A DNA stretch of 64,000 bases from Eledone cirrhosa. Its lineage: Eukaryota. The stretch is from contig OZ024754.1 of assembly GCA_964016885.1 (NCBI GenBank), positions 40,796,001 through 40,860,000 of the forward strand, written 5' to 3'. The position numbers and the translations under genes were made by a program. Below, in pieces: positions 1-12,810 of this stretch. Numbering within the stretch: the first letter of the stretch is position 1; each line of letters opens with the position of its first letter. The notes under the pieces were generated by a model. It ran no database searches. It worked only from the letters and a program-made list of their open reading frames with translations, and was not told the DNA's origin.

Positions 1-386
1 AGTATCAGTAGAGTCGGACGCCATGCTTTGCAGCACAGAGTTGTGGTCCTTTACAGTCTGAGTTCAAATCCTGCCAAGCTAAACTTTGCCTTTCATCCTT
101 ACGGGGTCGATAAAATAAAGTACCAGTAAGGTACTGGGTAATTGCTGGCCTTGTGCCAAAAGTAGAAACAATTATTATATTAATAAGAAAATTTGAAAAT
201 AATACATGCAAGATTTCACAGCTCTAGCATCACTCCTTCATAATCATCCAGTCTATGACCTTTTCAGCCTGCCCTCATATTTTACTTTGCCATTATAGAT
301 ATTTTTTTGTTTATGCTTCGTTAGAAAGAACAATTATGTAAAAATTAAGCTCTGCTAATTATTGTGAATGTTTATTTCATTTGTAG

Positions 387-3300
387 GAGAACTCAGCTCT
401 CAGTTACGAGACTCTCAGTCTAAGTTTATTGTAACCACCCCAGAATGTGTTATTAGGGCTAAAGAAGCTGCTAAAAGAACCAACAGTATTCAGGTATTGG
501 TTACTCTTTTACCCTTTTACTCTTTTACTTGTTCCCGCCATCCAGATGAGGCCATGCTGGGGCACCTGGGATCTTTCTTACAATCTTTGTCCTCACAATT
601 TCTTTTATTTGCAGAGAACCTTTAAATTCATCATGTCTACCTGGAGAAAACAATAGGTTTACTTAAACTGGCTGTATCCAGCCAGAGTTCTTTCACCTCT
701 TTCGGTTCAAACCAGCCATAACTGGCCAATCATACTGTATTGTTCTCAAAATGAATATCAAAATCTCATAGATTTGATGATATTATGTGAGATAATTATG
801 TGAAATAAAGAGCCTTTAGTGTGAAAATATAATAGTAAATATAGAGTAATGTAAATGGTAATGGGTTAAGGGAGGACCAAGAGAGAGAGAGAGAAGGAGA
901 GAGATCTTTTGAAAAACTCAAATGCTTGTGCTTTTGAGGTCACCAGGTTAACATTAATTTAGATAAATCTTTTGCTTTAAGTCTTCATTTTTAGCTAATA
1001 TATGGTACCTAGATTTTACCATTTTACAAAGCACCACCTTGCTGGCTAGATAGAGAGGAAGCTGTTATGTCTGTCTGATAAAGAATGGTAACAACCACAC
1101 TAGAGTGTTTTGTACAATGTTCTGACAATTGCGCCTATCCTGAACTGGTACTTTATTTCATTAACCCCAGAAAGATAAAAGACAAAGTTGACCTCAGCAA
1201 TATTTGAAGTCAGTACATAAAGAACCAGAAAATACTGCATGGTGTTTTGTCCCGAACTCTAATGGTTCTGCCAGTTCACTGCCTTGTTATCCTTGACATT
1301 CCTAAAGCGAGGTGATGGTCACAGATGGAATGCCTTTGATTTCATGTCAGCTGTAAAGTGGTCGTGTAGGAGACACGGTAAAAAGGCTCCTAGTCCACAC
1401 TGTAAAGTGGTTGTGTAGGAGACACGGTAAAAAGGCTCCTAGTCCACACTGTAAAGTGGTTGTGTAGGAGACACGGTAAAAAGGCTCCTAGTCCACACTG
1501 TAAAGTGGTCATGTAGAAGACACGGTAAAAAGGCTCCTAGTCCACACTGTAAAGTGGTCATGTAGAAGACACGGTAAAAAGGCTCCTAGTCCACACTGTA
1601 AAGTGGTCGTGTAGGAGACACGGTAAAAAGGCTCCTAGTCCACACTGTAAAGTGGTCGTGTAGGAGACACAGTAAAAAGGCTCCCAGTCCACACTGAAAA
1701 GTGGTCATGTAGGAGACACGGTAAAAAGGCTCCTAGTCCACACTGTAAAGTGGTCATGTAGGAGACACAGTAAAAAGGCTCCTAGTCCACACTGTAAAGT
1801 GGTCATGTAGGAGACACGGTAAAAAAGGCTCCTAGTCCACACTGTAAAGTGGTCATGTAGGAGACACAGTAAAAAGGCTCCTAGTCCACACTGTAAAGTG
1901 GTCATGTAGGAGACACGGTAAAAAGGCTCCTAGTCCACACTGTAAAGTGGTCATGTAGAAGACACGGTAAAAAGGCTCCTAGTCCACACTGTAAAGTGGT
2001 CGTGTAGGAGACACGGTAAAAAGGCTCCTAGTCCACACTGTAAAGTGGTCGTGTAGGAGACACGGTAAAAAGGCTCCTAGTCCACACTGTAAAGTGGTCG
2101 TGTAGGAGACACGGTAAAAAGGCTCCTAGTCCACACTGTAAAGTGGTCGTGTAGGAGACACAGTAAAAAGGCTCCTAGTCCACACTGTAAAGTGGTCATG
2201 TAGAAGACACGGTAAAAAGGCTCCTAGTCCACACTGTAAAGTGGTCGTGTAGGAGACACGGTAAAAAGGCTCCTAGTCCACACTGTAAAGTGGTCGTGTA
2301 GGAGACACGGTAAAAAGGCTCCTAGTCCACACTGTAAAGTGGTCGTGTAGGAGACACAGTAAAAAGGCTCCTAGTCCACACTGTAAAGTGGTTGTGTAGA
2401 AGACACAGTAAAAAGGTGATGGTAGTGATGATGATGATGTAGCTGTTTTAATTTTTCTTTGTGAAATTTTAAACATTTTTCAATTTTCTATCTGATCTTT
2501 GTAGGAAACCATTGTCTTAGGACAGGCTGAAGGCTGTCGGCCATTTTCTGATCTACTCAAATCAGCACGTCTTACTTATCCCGATGTGAACATTAATCCT
2601 CGTAAGGACACTGCACTTTTACCATATTCAGCAGGATTAGCAGGAAAACCCAAAGGCGTAATGCTGACACACCAAAATTTAATTGCTGCCATTGAAGCTC
2701 TGCGGTAAGATTGCTTTTAAATAACATACCATATATTTGATCAAGAATGAAATTTGTAGAAATTTGTTCTTTTTTCTACAAATTCCTACAAATTTCATAC
2801 TTGACGACCCAAAGCCGAGGAATATGTGACCAAAAAATCAATGGTAAAACGAGTGAACCGGTGTCTGCTTATCATATTATCATATATGCCATCAAAACAA
2901 TGTGTTTATTAGCTGCTACGGTTTATAAATGGGGTTTTGAGATTTTCCCATTTCTCAGGCATAAAATAGAGGGGTTTGGTTATATTTGAGTATATACAGT
3001 AATTCATAAATATCATGTCAATAAGATATGTCATTGTTGTTTCGTATTTATTCTGTTGTGCAATGAGAAATTGTTTTAACACTTTTATTACAATATTTCT
3101 AATAGAAAACAGCCAATCATTTTCAAATCTCTACCCAGGTCTTCCTTGGTCATCCTCTACTGCAGCTTCCCTCCACTCCTCCACCCAGCTCTCACCACCT
3201 CTACCCAGGTCTTCCTTGGTCATCCTCTACTACAGCTTCCCTCCACTCCTTCACCCAGCTCTCACCACCTCTACCCAGGTCTTCCTTGGTCATCCTCTAC

Positions 3301-5645
3301 TACAGCTTCCCTCCACTCCTTCACCCAGCTCTCACCACCTCCACCCAGGTCTTCCTTGGTCATCCTCTACTACAGCTTCCCTCCACTCCTTCACCCAGCT
3401 CTCACCACCTCCACCCAGGTCTTCCTTGGTCTTCCTCTACTACAGCTTCCCTCCACTCTTTCACCCAGCTCTCACCACCTCCACCCAGGTCTTCCTTGGT
3501 CATCCTCTACTACAGCTTCCCTCCACTCCTTCACCCAGCTCTCACCACCTCCACCCAGGTCTTCCTTGGTCATCCTCTTCTACAACTTCCCTCCACTCCT
3601 TCACCCAGCTCTCACCACCTCTGCCCAGGTCTTCCTTGGTCTTCCTCTACTACAGCTTCCCTCCACTCTTTCACCCAGCTCTCACCACCTCCACCCAGGT
3701 CTTCCTTGGTCATCCTCTACTACAGCTTCCCTCCACTCCCTCACCCAGGTCTCACCACCTCCACCCAGGTCTTCCTTGGTCATCCTCTACTACAGCTTCC
3801 CTCCACTCCTTCACCCAGCTCTCACCACCTCCACCCAGGTCTTCCTTGGTCATCCTCTACTACAGCTTCCCTCCACTCCTTTACCCAGCTCTCATCACCT
3901 CTACCCAGGTCTTCCTTGGTCATCCTCTACTACAGCTTCCCTCCACTCCTTCACCACCTCCACCCAGGTCTTCCTTGGTCATCCTCTACTACAGCTTCCC
4001 TCCACTCCTTCACCCAGCTCTCACCACCTCCACCCAGGTCTTCCTTGGTCATCCTCTACTACAGCTTCCCTCCACTCCTTCACCCAGCTCTCACCACCTC
4101 CACCCAGGTCTGTGATAATTGTTAAGTTATATTTTTCTTTGCGTTTCTCTATTTCAGACAACCTGAATTTATTAGATTTGAACCTGGTAAAGACCATAAT
4201 GTGATGGTGTTCCCTTTGACTCATGCAGCTGGACTTGTTATGGGTTTTGGTATTTCATTAGTACAAGGTGCAACTGTTGTGACCCTCAACAGATTTGAAG
4301 CTCGTTCGTATTTGGAATGTTTAGAGAAACACAAGGTAATATTCCTGATTAATTCAGTTATGAGTAAGATATCCCATAAGCTGTGACAGAACTATTATTT
4401 TGGGGGACTCTGAAGGCTGAACTATTAGAGGGACCCTTTGCAGCTTAGAGGAGCATCATTATCATCATGTTCCCAGAACTGGTGCAGCTAGTCATTGTGC
4501 CACCAGTTGTTGGGGTGCCACTCTAGATGTGCTTGGGGTGCCACCGGTCGTTCGGGTGCCACTCTAGATGTGCAACTGGTACAGCCAGTCATTGGGGTGC
4601 CACTCTAGATTTGCCACTGGTACAACCAGTTGTTGGGGTGCTACTAGTGCCGCCAGTTGTTGGGGTGCCATTAGTGCCGCCAGTTGTTGGGGTTCCACTA
4701 GTGACGCCAGTTGTTGGGGTGCCACTCTAGATGTGCCACTGGTACAGCCAGTCGTTGGGGTGCCACTCTAGATGTGCCACTGGTACAGTCAGTCATTGGG
4801 GTGCCACTAGTGCAGCCAGTCGTTAGGGTGCCACTCTAGATGTGCCACTGGTACAGTCAGTCATTGGGGTGCCACTAGTGCAGCCAGTCGTTGGGGTGCC
4901 ACTCTAGATGTACCATTGGTGTAGCCAGTCGTTGGGGTGCCACATTAGACGTCACCATTAGTCTCTCGCTCCATCATGTGTAGAAGGGTGTCTCTGTTGT
5001 GACCAGCCCAGTCTTTGATGTTGTTGGACCAGGATTTTCTTTGTCTGCCTTTTCTTCGCCCTCCCTTGACTGTGCTGAATGATTTTGGACAAGGAGTTGT
5101 TTAATCTGTGCTAATAATAATAATTAGTCCGGCCCCCTTTTTTGGAACACTTCAAAAGGCATGCTTGCTGGGAACAGCAAGAACCCTCTGATACGTCCTG
5201 AATGTCTGAGGCTGCAGGTAGCAGCTTGATGTTCATTTGAACAAACTTTCAGTTAAATAACATCAATGACTGAGACTCAAAGAATAATAATAATAATAAT
5301 AATAATGATAATAATGATAATAATAATCTATCTATCTATCTATCTATCTCTCTCTCTATATATATATATATATGTGTGTATGTATATATATATATATGTA
5401 TGTATACTCATAGATAAAAAATAAAATGTTCACTCTGCATGGCTGAATACAATAAATGTAATCTGAGTTTTTCGAATATTAATAATAACATTCGATTCAT
5501 TTACAATTATGTTGGCATGTAAACATGCCAAACACAAGAGCAAGAATGAAGGGTTCATTCTACTGACATGGCTTTAAAAATGAGGCTTGTCTGCATAATT
5601 ACAAACAAATCGAATGTTATTATTAATATTCGAAAAACTCAGATG

Positions 5646-5733
<88 letters not shown>

Positions 5734-6064
5734 AGGCACATGGTGCATTGGCCTTGCAATCGAAAGGTTGTGAGTTCAATTCTCAGACCGGGTGATGTGT
5801 TGTTTCCTTGAGCAAGACACTTTATTTCACATTGCTCCAGTTTACTCAGCTGTAGAAATGAGATGATAGGGACTGGGGTCCCTATCATTCCATTGCAAAG
5901 TGGTCGTGGAGGTGCCACGGCAAAAAAGGCACCCAGCACTCACTGTAAATGAGGTTGGTGTTAGGAAGGGCATCCAGCTGTAGAAATCAAGCTAGAATCA
6001 GTTCCTGTCCCACCCTTGCAAGCAGGGAAAAACGGACGTAAAATGATGATGATGATGATGATGA

Positions 6065-6116
<52 letters not shown>

Positions 6117-6466
6117 GGAAATTCTACAGGACTAGGACTGTTTCATTCGTAAATATTGTTTTGTTTTTTACCCCCCAGGGCACATTTACAATGGCCACAC
6201 CATCAATGTTAAATTTTTTCAACTCCGATCCTCTTGTACAAAATACTGATCTCTCCAGTCTCCAAACAATAATGAGTCAATCGGGATATCTTGAGCCTCT
6301 TCTTATTGAACAACTTGCACAGAAACTCAATAAAGTAAATATAAGACAAGGTAATTATTCTTACAATTATGATATAAAAATACACTTTTGTTCAATTCCA
6401 TTGTTTCTTGTTTTTTGGTGTTTTTTTTTCCTTTAATTTTCATCATCTGTGGTGTTTTGGTCATTC

Positions 6467-6497
<31 letters not shown>

Positions 6498-9400
6498 TGA
6501 CATATTCATCAATTCAGGCGGCACATAAAATAAACTAAAACAGTACAGCTCCCATGACTTTTGGAAATATTTTTTCACCCTCAGAATTGCTGAAGCATGG
6601 AACAAACTACCTGCATCAGTTGTTAGCTGTCGAGACACTGCATCCTTTAAAACCTCCATGGAACAAACTACCTGCATCAGTTGTTAGCTGTCGAGACACT
6701 GCATCCTTTAAAACCTCCATGGAACAAACTACCTGCATCAGTTGTTAGCTGTCGAGACACTGCATCCTTTAAAACCTCCATGGAACAAACTACCTGCATC
6801 AGTTGTTAGCTGTCGAGACACTGCATCCTTTAAAACCTCCATTGAACAAACTACCTGCATCAGTTGTTAGCTGTCGAGACACTGCATCCTTTAAAACCTC
6901 CATGGAACAAACTACCTGCATCACTTGTTAGCTGTCGAGACACTGCATCCTTTAAAACCTCCATGGAACAAACTACCTGCATCACATGTTAGCTGCCGAG
7001 ACACTGCATCCTTTAAAACCTCCATGGAACAAACTACCTGCATCAGTTGCTAGCTGTCGAGACACTGCACCCTTTAAAACCTCCATGGAACAAACTACCT
7101 GCATCAGTTGTTAGCTGTCGAGACACTGCATCCTTTAAAACCTCCATGTTTCCCGAGAATCGTCAACACTACACCTGATATTCCCCCTCCATACACACGC
7201 ACACATATGTGTGTGTATCTGTGTGTATATCATGACTCATACACTGTTCACCTTTCTAACATTTGTACATTATTCTATGTACTATACATGCACTTTTGAT
7301 GAGTTGTAGTGCACCTGAGCACTGTACACAATAATATTCATTATTATTATTATATTATTTCCAATGGCGGTGGATTGGCAGTATCGGTAGAGGGTCGGAC
7401 ACCATGCTTTGACACATAGAGTTATGGCCCTTGCCATTCTGAGTTCAAATCCCGCCGAGGTTAACTTTGTCTTTCATCCTTATGGGGTCGATAAAATAAA
7501 GTACCAGTAATACACTGGGCAATTGCTGGCCTTGTGCCAAAACTAGAAACAATTATTATATTATTTCCAAAAAGAATTATATTTTATTCAATTTTATCCA
7601 ATTTTGAAATATTTTCAAAGAAATAGAAAAGTCTACACTGACAAAAAGAATCCCTTATATTTCAAACGTTGGTGTTTGAGTGATATTTCGCCTCCTTATT
7701 ATAACGAAAATACTTTTCAGGTTACGGTCTGACAGAAACATGCAGTGTTGGAATGGTGACTCCTGTAAGCAACATAAAGAATGGTTCTGTTGGTATTCCA
7801 GTTCCTGGAATGGATGTCAAGGTGGGTAACTTTCAACAGAAGCAGTGTAACTGTGCCATAACAACATCATACCAAAGTCTCTTGAAACATGTTTAAACAT
7901 ACAATTATCTGTTGTGTTGTGTCCTCTTTACAAGGTGATCCTTATTATTTCCAGTCCAGGGGAATTATTATATAGTTCTATTGAAGGCTTGTAGCCAGCC
8001 ATTACACTTCCATTGAAGGCTTATAGCTAGCCAATATACTTCTATTTAGCCAATATACTTCCATTGAAGGCTTGTAGCTAGCCAATATACTTCCATTGAA
8101 GGCTTGTAGCTAACCAATATACTTCTATTGAAGGCTTATAGCTAGCCAATATACTTCTATTGAAGGCTTATAGCTAGCCAATATACTTCCATTGAAGGCT
8201 TGTAGCTAGCCAATATACTTCTATTGAAGGCTTGTAGCTAGCCATTATACTTCCATTGAAGGCTTGTAGCTAACCAATATACTTCTATTGAAGGCTTGTA
8301 GCTAGCCAATATACTTCTATTGAAGGCTTGTAGCTAGCCATTATACTTCTATTGAAGGCTTGTAGCTAGCCATTATACTTCTATTGAAGGCTTGTAGCTA
8401 GCCAATATACTTCTATTGAAGGCTTGTAGCCAGCCAATATACTTCTATTGAAGGCTTGTAGCTAGCCAATATACTTCCATTGAAGGCTTGTAGCTAGCCA
8501 ATATACTTCCATTGAAGGCTTGTAGCTAGCCAATATACTTCCATTGAAGGCTTGTAGCTAGCCAATATACTTCCATTGAAGGCTTGTAGCTAACCAATAT
8601 ACTTCTATTGAAGGCTTGTAGCCAGCCATTTGCAATAAATTCAAACACATTTACACTTATTTTTAAATATGGAAGAAAGGACATTCAGCTGTAGAAATCA
8701 TTCCAAAGAATGGTTCAGAGGACACTTTAATCCCAGCGCAGCAATATCTTTAGTGTTGGTGTCATAAAAACTGCAATCAGGACATTCTGTAGAGTGAAGG
8801 AACATATGTAAGGAAGATGCAGCCTTTGGCATGTCTGGGAGGTCAATATCTCCAATTAATTTGTTGAAGTCAATAGCTCCAACTGGCACCTTTTTATTAA
8901 CCTTGAAAGGATAAAAGACACAGTTGACCTTGACAGGATTTGAACTCAGAGATCAATGAACTGGAAGAAATAATAAGGTATCCAACAACCTGACTCTGCT
9001 ACTTTGCTGCCGTAAATGTTTCTGTTCTATAATAAGTACCGGTCGCTCTCCGACAGGTTCGCGGTCATGCCCTGGCAGTAGAGACTTGTGGTGTCCTTGG
9101 CCCTAGGGCTACCTCCATACCCCCCCCACCATAGGCGCTGAGCTGGCCAGCCGCAGGTGTGAGCCTCGCGAGTTGGAATGGCTCTTCCAGCACGTCTCCC
9201 TTGTCGTCCTCCAGAGAAACGCCTTCTCCATTCTGTCCGCTGGGGCTGTGGGGAGGCCAGCATGTGGGACCCCATTTGCTCACCATACAGAGAGATGGAG
9301 GCAATGACAGTGGGAGTTTGGCTATTCCACGTGCGGGCCATATCCTTGTGGTTGTATTTATTAAGCAGTTAATGTTTATGTTCTATATAATCAGTTCCCG

Positions 9401-12400
9401 TCCCACCCTTGTAAGCAGGGAATAGTGGACGTAAAATGAAATGATGATGATGATGATAATGTTAAAAATGCTAATTGTTTTTCCCCCAATCCAGTTGATA
9501 GACCCCAAAACTAAGGCAGATGTACCAAACAATCAAAAAGGTGAAATCTGCTTCCGTGGACCAAGTGTCACTTCGAAGTTTTGGAAACATAACGAAGAAA
9601 TGCTTTTGGGTGACAATTGGCTTCGAACAGGTAAGATCAGTCAGTGATCAGGTGTGTGTGTATATGTGTGTGTGTGTTTGGAGGACAATTGGCTGTGAAC
9701 AGGTAAGGTCAGTTAATGACCAGGTGTGTTGACCTTGTGTGTATTTGTGTGACAATTGGCTATGAACAGGTAAGGTCAATCAACGGCCAGGTGTGTGTGT
9801 TTGGGGGACAATTGGCTGTGAACAGGTAAGGTCAGTTAATGACCAGGTGTGTTGACCTTGTGTGTATTTGTGTGACAATTGGCTATGAACAGGTAAGGTC
9901 AATCAATGGCCAGGTGTGTGTGTTTGGGGGACAATTGGCTGTGAACAGGTAAGGTCAGTTAATGACCAGGTGTGTTGACCTTGTGTGTATTTGTGTGACA
10001 ATTGGCTATGAACAGGTAAGGTCAATCAACGGCCCGGTGTGTGTGTTTGGAGGACAATTGGCTGTGAACAGGTAAGGTCAGTTAATGACCAGGTGTGTTG
10101 ACCTTGTGTGTATTTGTGTGACAATTGGCTATGAACAGGTAAGGTCAATCAACGGCCCGGTGTGTGTGTTTGGAGGACAATTGACTATGAACAGGTAAGG
10201 TCAGTTAATGACCAGGTGTGTGCATGTTTTTATGTTTCATTGATGAATTAAGTCATCAGCCAAAAGGGTCTTATCCTCAAGACATGTGCTGCTGCTGCTT
10301 TTGCTGCTGCTGTTGATGGTGGGGGTAATGATGATGATGATGATTATACCTGTTCCAAGATATATTTGTATAGTTATATTTATGGAATTGAAATGTTTAA
10401 TGTATTATAATTTCAGGTGACATTGGTAAATGTGACAATGATGGCCACTATACTATTCTTAACAAAGTTAAAACATTAATTAAGTATAAAGGGTGCCAGG
10501 TAAGATATTTTCCTCATTTCTACTTCTTTCATTATTAATTTCTTTGTCAACTAGATATTGTCAAATTGTCTTTAACCCTTTAGCATTCACATTATTTTAT
10601 ATATACTATTATATTTTAATGGTAAAGGCTTTACCTCACATAATATCGAATCTGAGATTTTGAAAGTATTTATTTTGAGAACAATACCTTAACATCAGTT
10701 TGAGTGACCAGTTACAGCTGGTTTCAACGGAAAGAGAATTCTGGCCGGTTTGAACACTAAAGGGTTAAATGTGTATAACTGAGTGTGTTCTATCTTACTA
10801 TTAGAACTTATATCTGTTACTATTAGAATTTCTATCTGTTACTATTATAACTTCTATCTGTTGCTATTATAACTTCTATCTGTTACTATTATAACTTCTA
10901 TCTGTTACTATTATAACTTCTATCTGTTACTATTATAACTTCTATCTGTTACTATTATAACTTCTATCTGTTACTATTATAACTTCTATCTGTTACTATT
11001 ATAACTTCTATCTGTTACTATTACTCAAACATTATTTTAAAATGTGTACAAGTTTTATGATATAAAACTATCTATTTAGCATTTAAACTGGCCATATCCA
11101 ACCAGAATTCTCTCACACTTTTCTGTTGAAACCGGCTGTAACTGGCCACTCATACTGATGTTTAACATCAGTAGGGGTGGTCAATAACATCAAAATCTCA
11201 TAGAGTCGATATTATGTAAGGTAAATACTTTACTGTGAAAATACAATAGTAAATATAGAGCAATATAAATGTTAAAGGGTTAAATATGTTTCTACTTAAT
11301 ATATAAACTTAATTATGTAAAAGTTTTTGTTAAGTAATGTACCAGACATATAGTTAGTAATTAAAAAAATAGTTATTTTATTGAATTCCTGAAAATTTTG
11401 TTCAGTATTTTCAGAGTAAATTGAAAAACAAAGGTAGTGAATTTCATTTGAAATGTAAAGGAATTAATGTTCCCTTTTCCTGCTAACAACTATTCCACAC
11501 TCTTCCTAAATAATGTTTTAGTAGATAATGTAAATCAAATGTGGTTATATTCTGTAGATATCTCCTGAAGAAATTGAAGATCTTCTTTTACAACATCCAG
11601 CTGTGTTAGATGTTGCTGTTTTTGGTTTGCCTGATAGAGAAGCTGGTGAAGTACCAACAGCTCTGGTAGTACAACAAAGAAAAGTTGACCAGAAAGAACT
11701 TCAAAATTATATGCAAGGTTTGTTCTTTTAAAAAACCCTCATATATTATATTGTAAAGCAGGGTTAAGATTTCATGTTTATCTTCTGCTTTCCCTGCTAG
11801 CAAGGGTTGGATGGGGCTATATAGACTTACCTCCCAGACAGACCGAGGGCTCTGTAATCTGCTTATGTACAGTCATACGCTCTATTGAGTGCAAAGAAGT
11901 TGTTTCTTTTGACACAAACTGAAGGGTCCTCTCAGCCCTTTCTTTGGCAAGCTTTCAATGACTGGATGCCCTTCTTAACACCAACCTCTTTACAGTATGC
12001 ACTGGGTGGTTATTGTGTATATATATTTATACATACAGAAACACTTAAGAGATTACCTTGATGTATTTCGGAGCTATAATTACTGCTATGATTCTGATCC
12101 GGCTGGATCCCCAAGCAAGACCAGCCAAGCTCATGGATGTTATCCAACCATCCTGATCGGGGTCTACCCTTGGGTCTCTTGCTGGTTGGTTTTGCCTTTA
12201 AAATCTCTCCAGTGAATCTTTTCTGAGACATTCTAACCACATGTTCATAGTATCAGAGCTGTGATCTCCCAATTCGGAGAAGTAGCAGCTCTACTTGGAG
12301 TGACTCTCTGATCTCCGAGTTACGCACTATATTGGTGTAGGAGGTGTCACGACACTAAAACACACAGTCCACGCTGTAATGTGGCCGTGTAGGTAACACG

Positions 12401-12810
12401 GTAAAAACCTCCCAGTCCACACTGTAAACGTGGTTGGTGTTAGGAAGGGCATCCAGCCGTAGAAAACCTGCCAGACAGTCCTGAGCAAGACAACCAGTCT
12501 TGCCTCAAGTGGGACAATTCCTGTCCAGACCCATGCTAGCGTGGAAAATGGACGTTAAACGATGATGATGATGATGATGATTGAATAATGTTACTTCAAA
12601 GATCCTTCGGAGGAACCCCATTTCGGCCGCTTGTATTTTTTGTTTTTGGTTAAAAATTAATTTCTCTATTTATTTTCAGACAACGCAGCATCCTACAAAC
12701 AGTTGAGAGGTGGCATTAAGTTCCACACCGAAATCCCTCGTCTTGCAGATGGAACAATATCACGACACATGATTCGTGATTGGTTTATGGAGTATCATGA
12801 AAAAGTCTAA
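387..12810 (+). CDS. 4-coumarate-CoA ligase / firefly luciferase-like ANL-superfamily protein, 5'-partial (9 exons in window), with degenerate catalytic motifs
   Basis: Phase-compatible AG/GT exons 387-493, 2505-2704, 4158-4335, 6179-6350, 7721-7821, 9495-9630, 10417-10499, 11558-11717, 12680-12810 (TAA). Spliced protein contains LPYSAGLAGKPKGVMLTH, FPLTHAAG, DLSSL, QGYGLTET, GSVG, GEICFRGP, WLRTGDIG, LIKYKGCQISPEEIEDLLLQHPAV, AGEVP and KQLRGGI, in the ANL/4CL motif order. Upstream exons lie before base 1. Confidence 0.9.
1351..2416. repeat. 49-bp minisatellite, ~22 copies
   Basis: Unit CTGTAAAGTGGTCGTGTAGGAGACACGGTAAAAAGGCTCCTAGTCCACA. Confidence 0.97.
3128..4111. repeat. 70-bp minisatellite, ~14 copies
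   Basis: CCAGGT recurs at 3135, 3205, 3275 and so on; explains the three overlapping repetitive ORFs. Confidence 0.97.
4490..4945. repeat. Mixed 22/36-bp minisatellite
   Basis: Recurring CCAGTTGTTGGGGTGCCACT(CTAGATGTGCCACTGGTACAG). Confidence 0.9.
6500..7350 (+). mobile_element. CR1-like LINE 3' end with an internal tandem amplification
   Basis: YFFTLRIAEAWNKLPASVVSCRDTASFKTSM matches the CR1 ORF2 C-terminal WNxLP...FK motif; ends in (ATT)n. Confidence 0.7.
6596..7147. repeat. 61-bp minisatellite, 9 copies
   Basis: CATGGAACAAACTACC at 6596, 6657, 6718 and so on. Confidence 0.97.
7366..7562 (+). mobile_element. tRNA-derived SINE family A (other copies ~1-180, 17310-17495 -, 18490-18655 -, 27710-27845, 43948-44135, 62660-62780)
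   Basis: A-box-like TGGCAGTATCGG, B-box GAGTTCAAATCCC, and shared body CTTTGCCTTTCATCCTTACGGGGTCGATAAAATAAAGTACCAGT recurring across the window. Confidence 0.85.
7975..8630. repeat. 32-bp minisatellite, ~20 copies
   Basis: Unit CCAATATACTTC(C/T)ATTGAAGGCTTGTAGCTAG. Confidence 0.97.
9675..10222. repeat. Exon-end/splice-donor-derived tandem repeat (alternating 67/56 bp, 123-bp higher-order unit)
   Basis: GACAATTGGCT(G/A)TGAACAGGTAAGGTC at ~9684, 9751, 9807, 9874, 9930, 9997, 10053, 10120, 10176. Confidence 0.95.
10572..10768. mobile_element. TTAA-flanked MITE, piggyBac-like termini (copies ~655-868, 11075-11283, 13300-13496, 13749-14005, 15130-15360, 19478-19693, 27925-28082, 34457-34650, 40397-40953, 44140-44332, 62828-63024)
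   Basis: TTAA-CCCTTTAGCATT...AATGCTAAAGGG-TTAA terminal inverted repeats around a conserved ~200-bp body. Confidence 0.85.
10810..11025. repeat. 22-bp minisatellite
   Basis: Unit ATAACTTCTATCTGTTACTATT. Confidence 0.95.

Noticed and set aside
3015-4204. Three long overlapping ORFs (366, 352, 279 aa)
   Set aside because: Products of a stop-free 70-bp minisatellite inside an intron; the same peptide cycles through all three frames.
9027-9425. GC-rich intronic segment with several ORFs
   Set aside because: No recognisable protein motif or splice fit; part of it recurs at ~45045-45095, so it is probably a dispersed repeat.
1351-10222. CRISPR-like appearance of regularly spaced repeats
   Set aside because: Units are contiguous with no unique spacers, there are no cas genes, and the context is eukaryotic introns.
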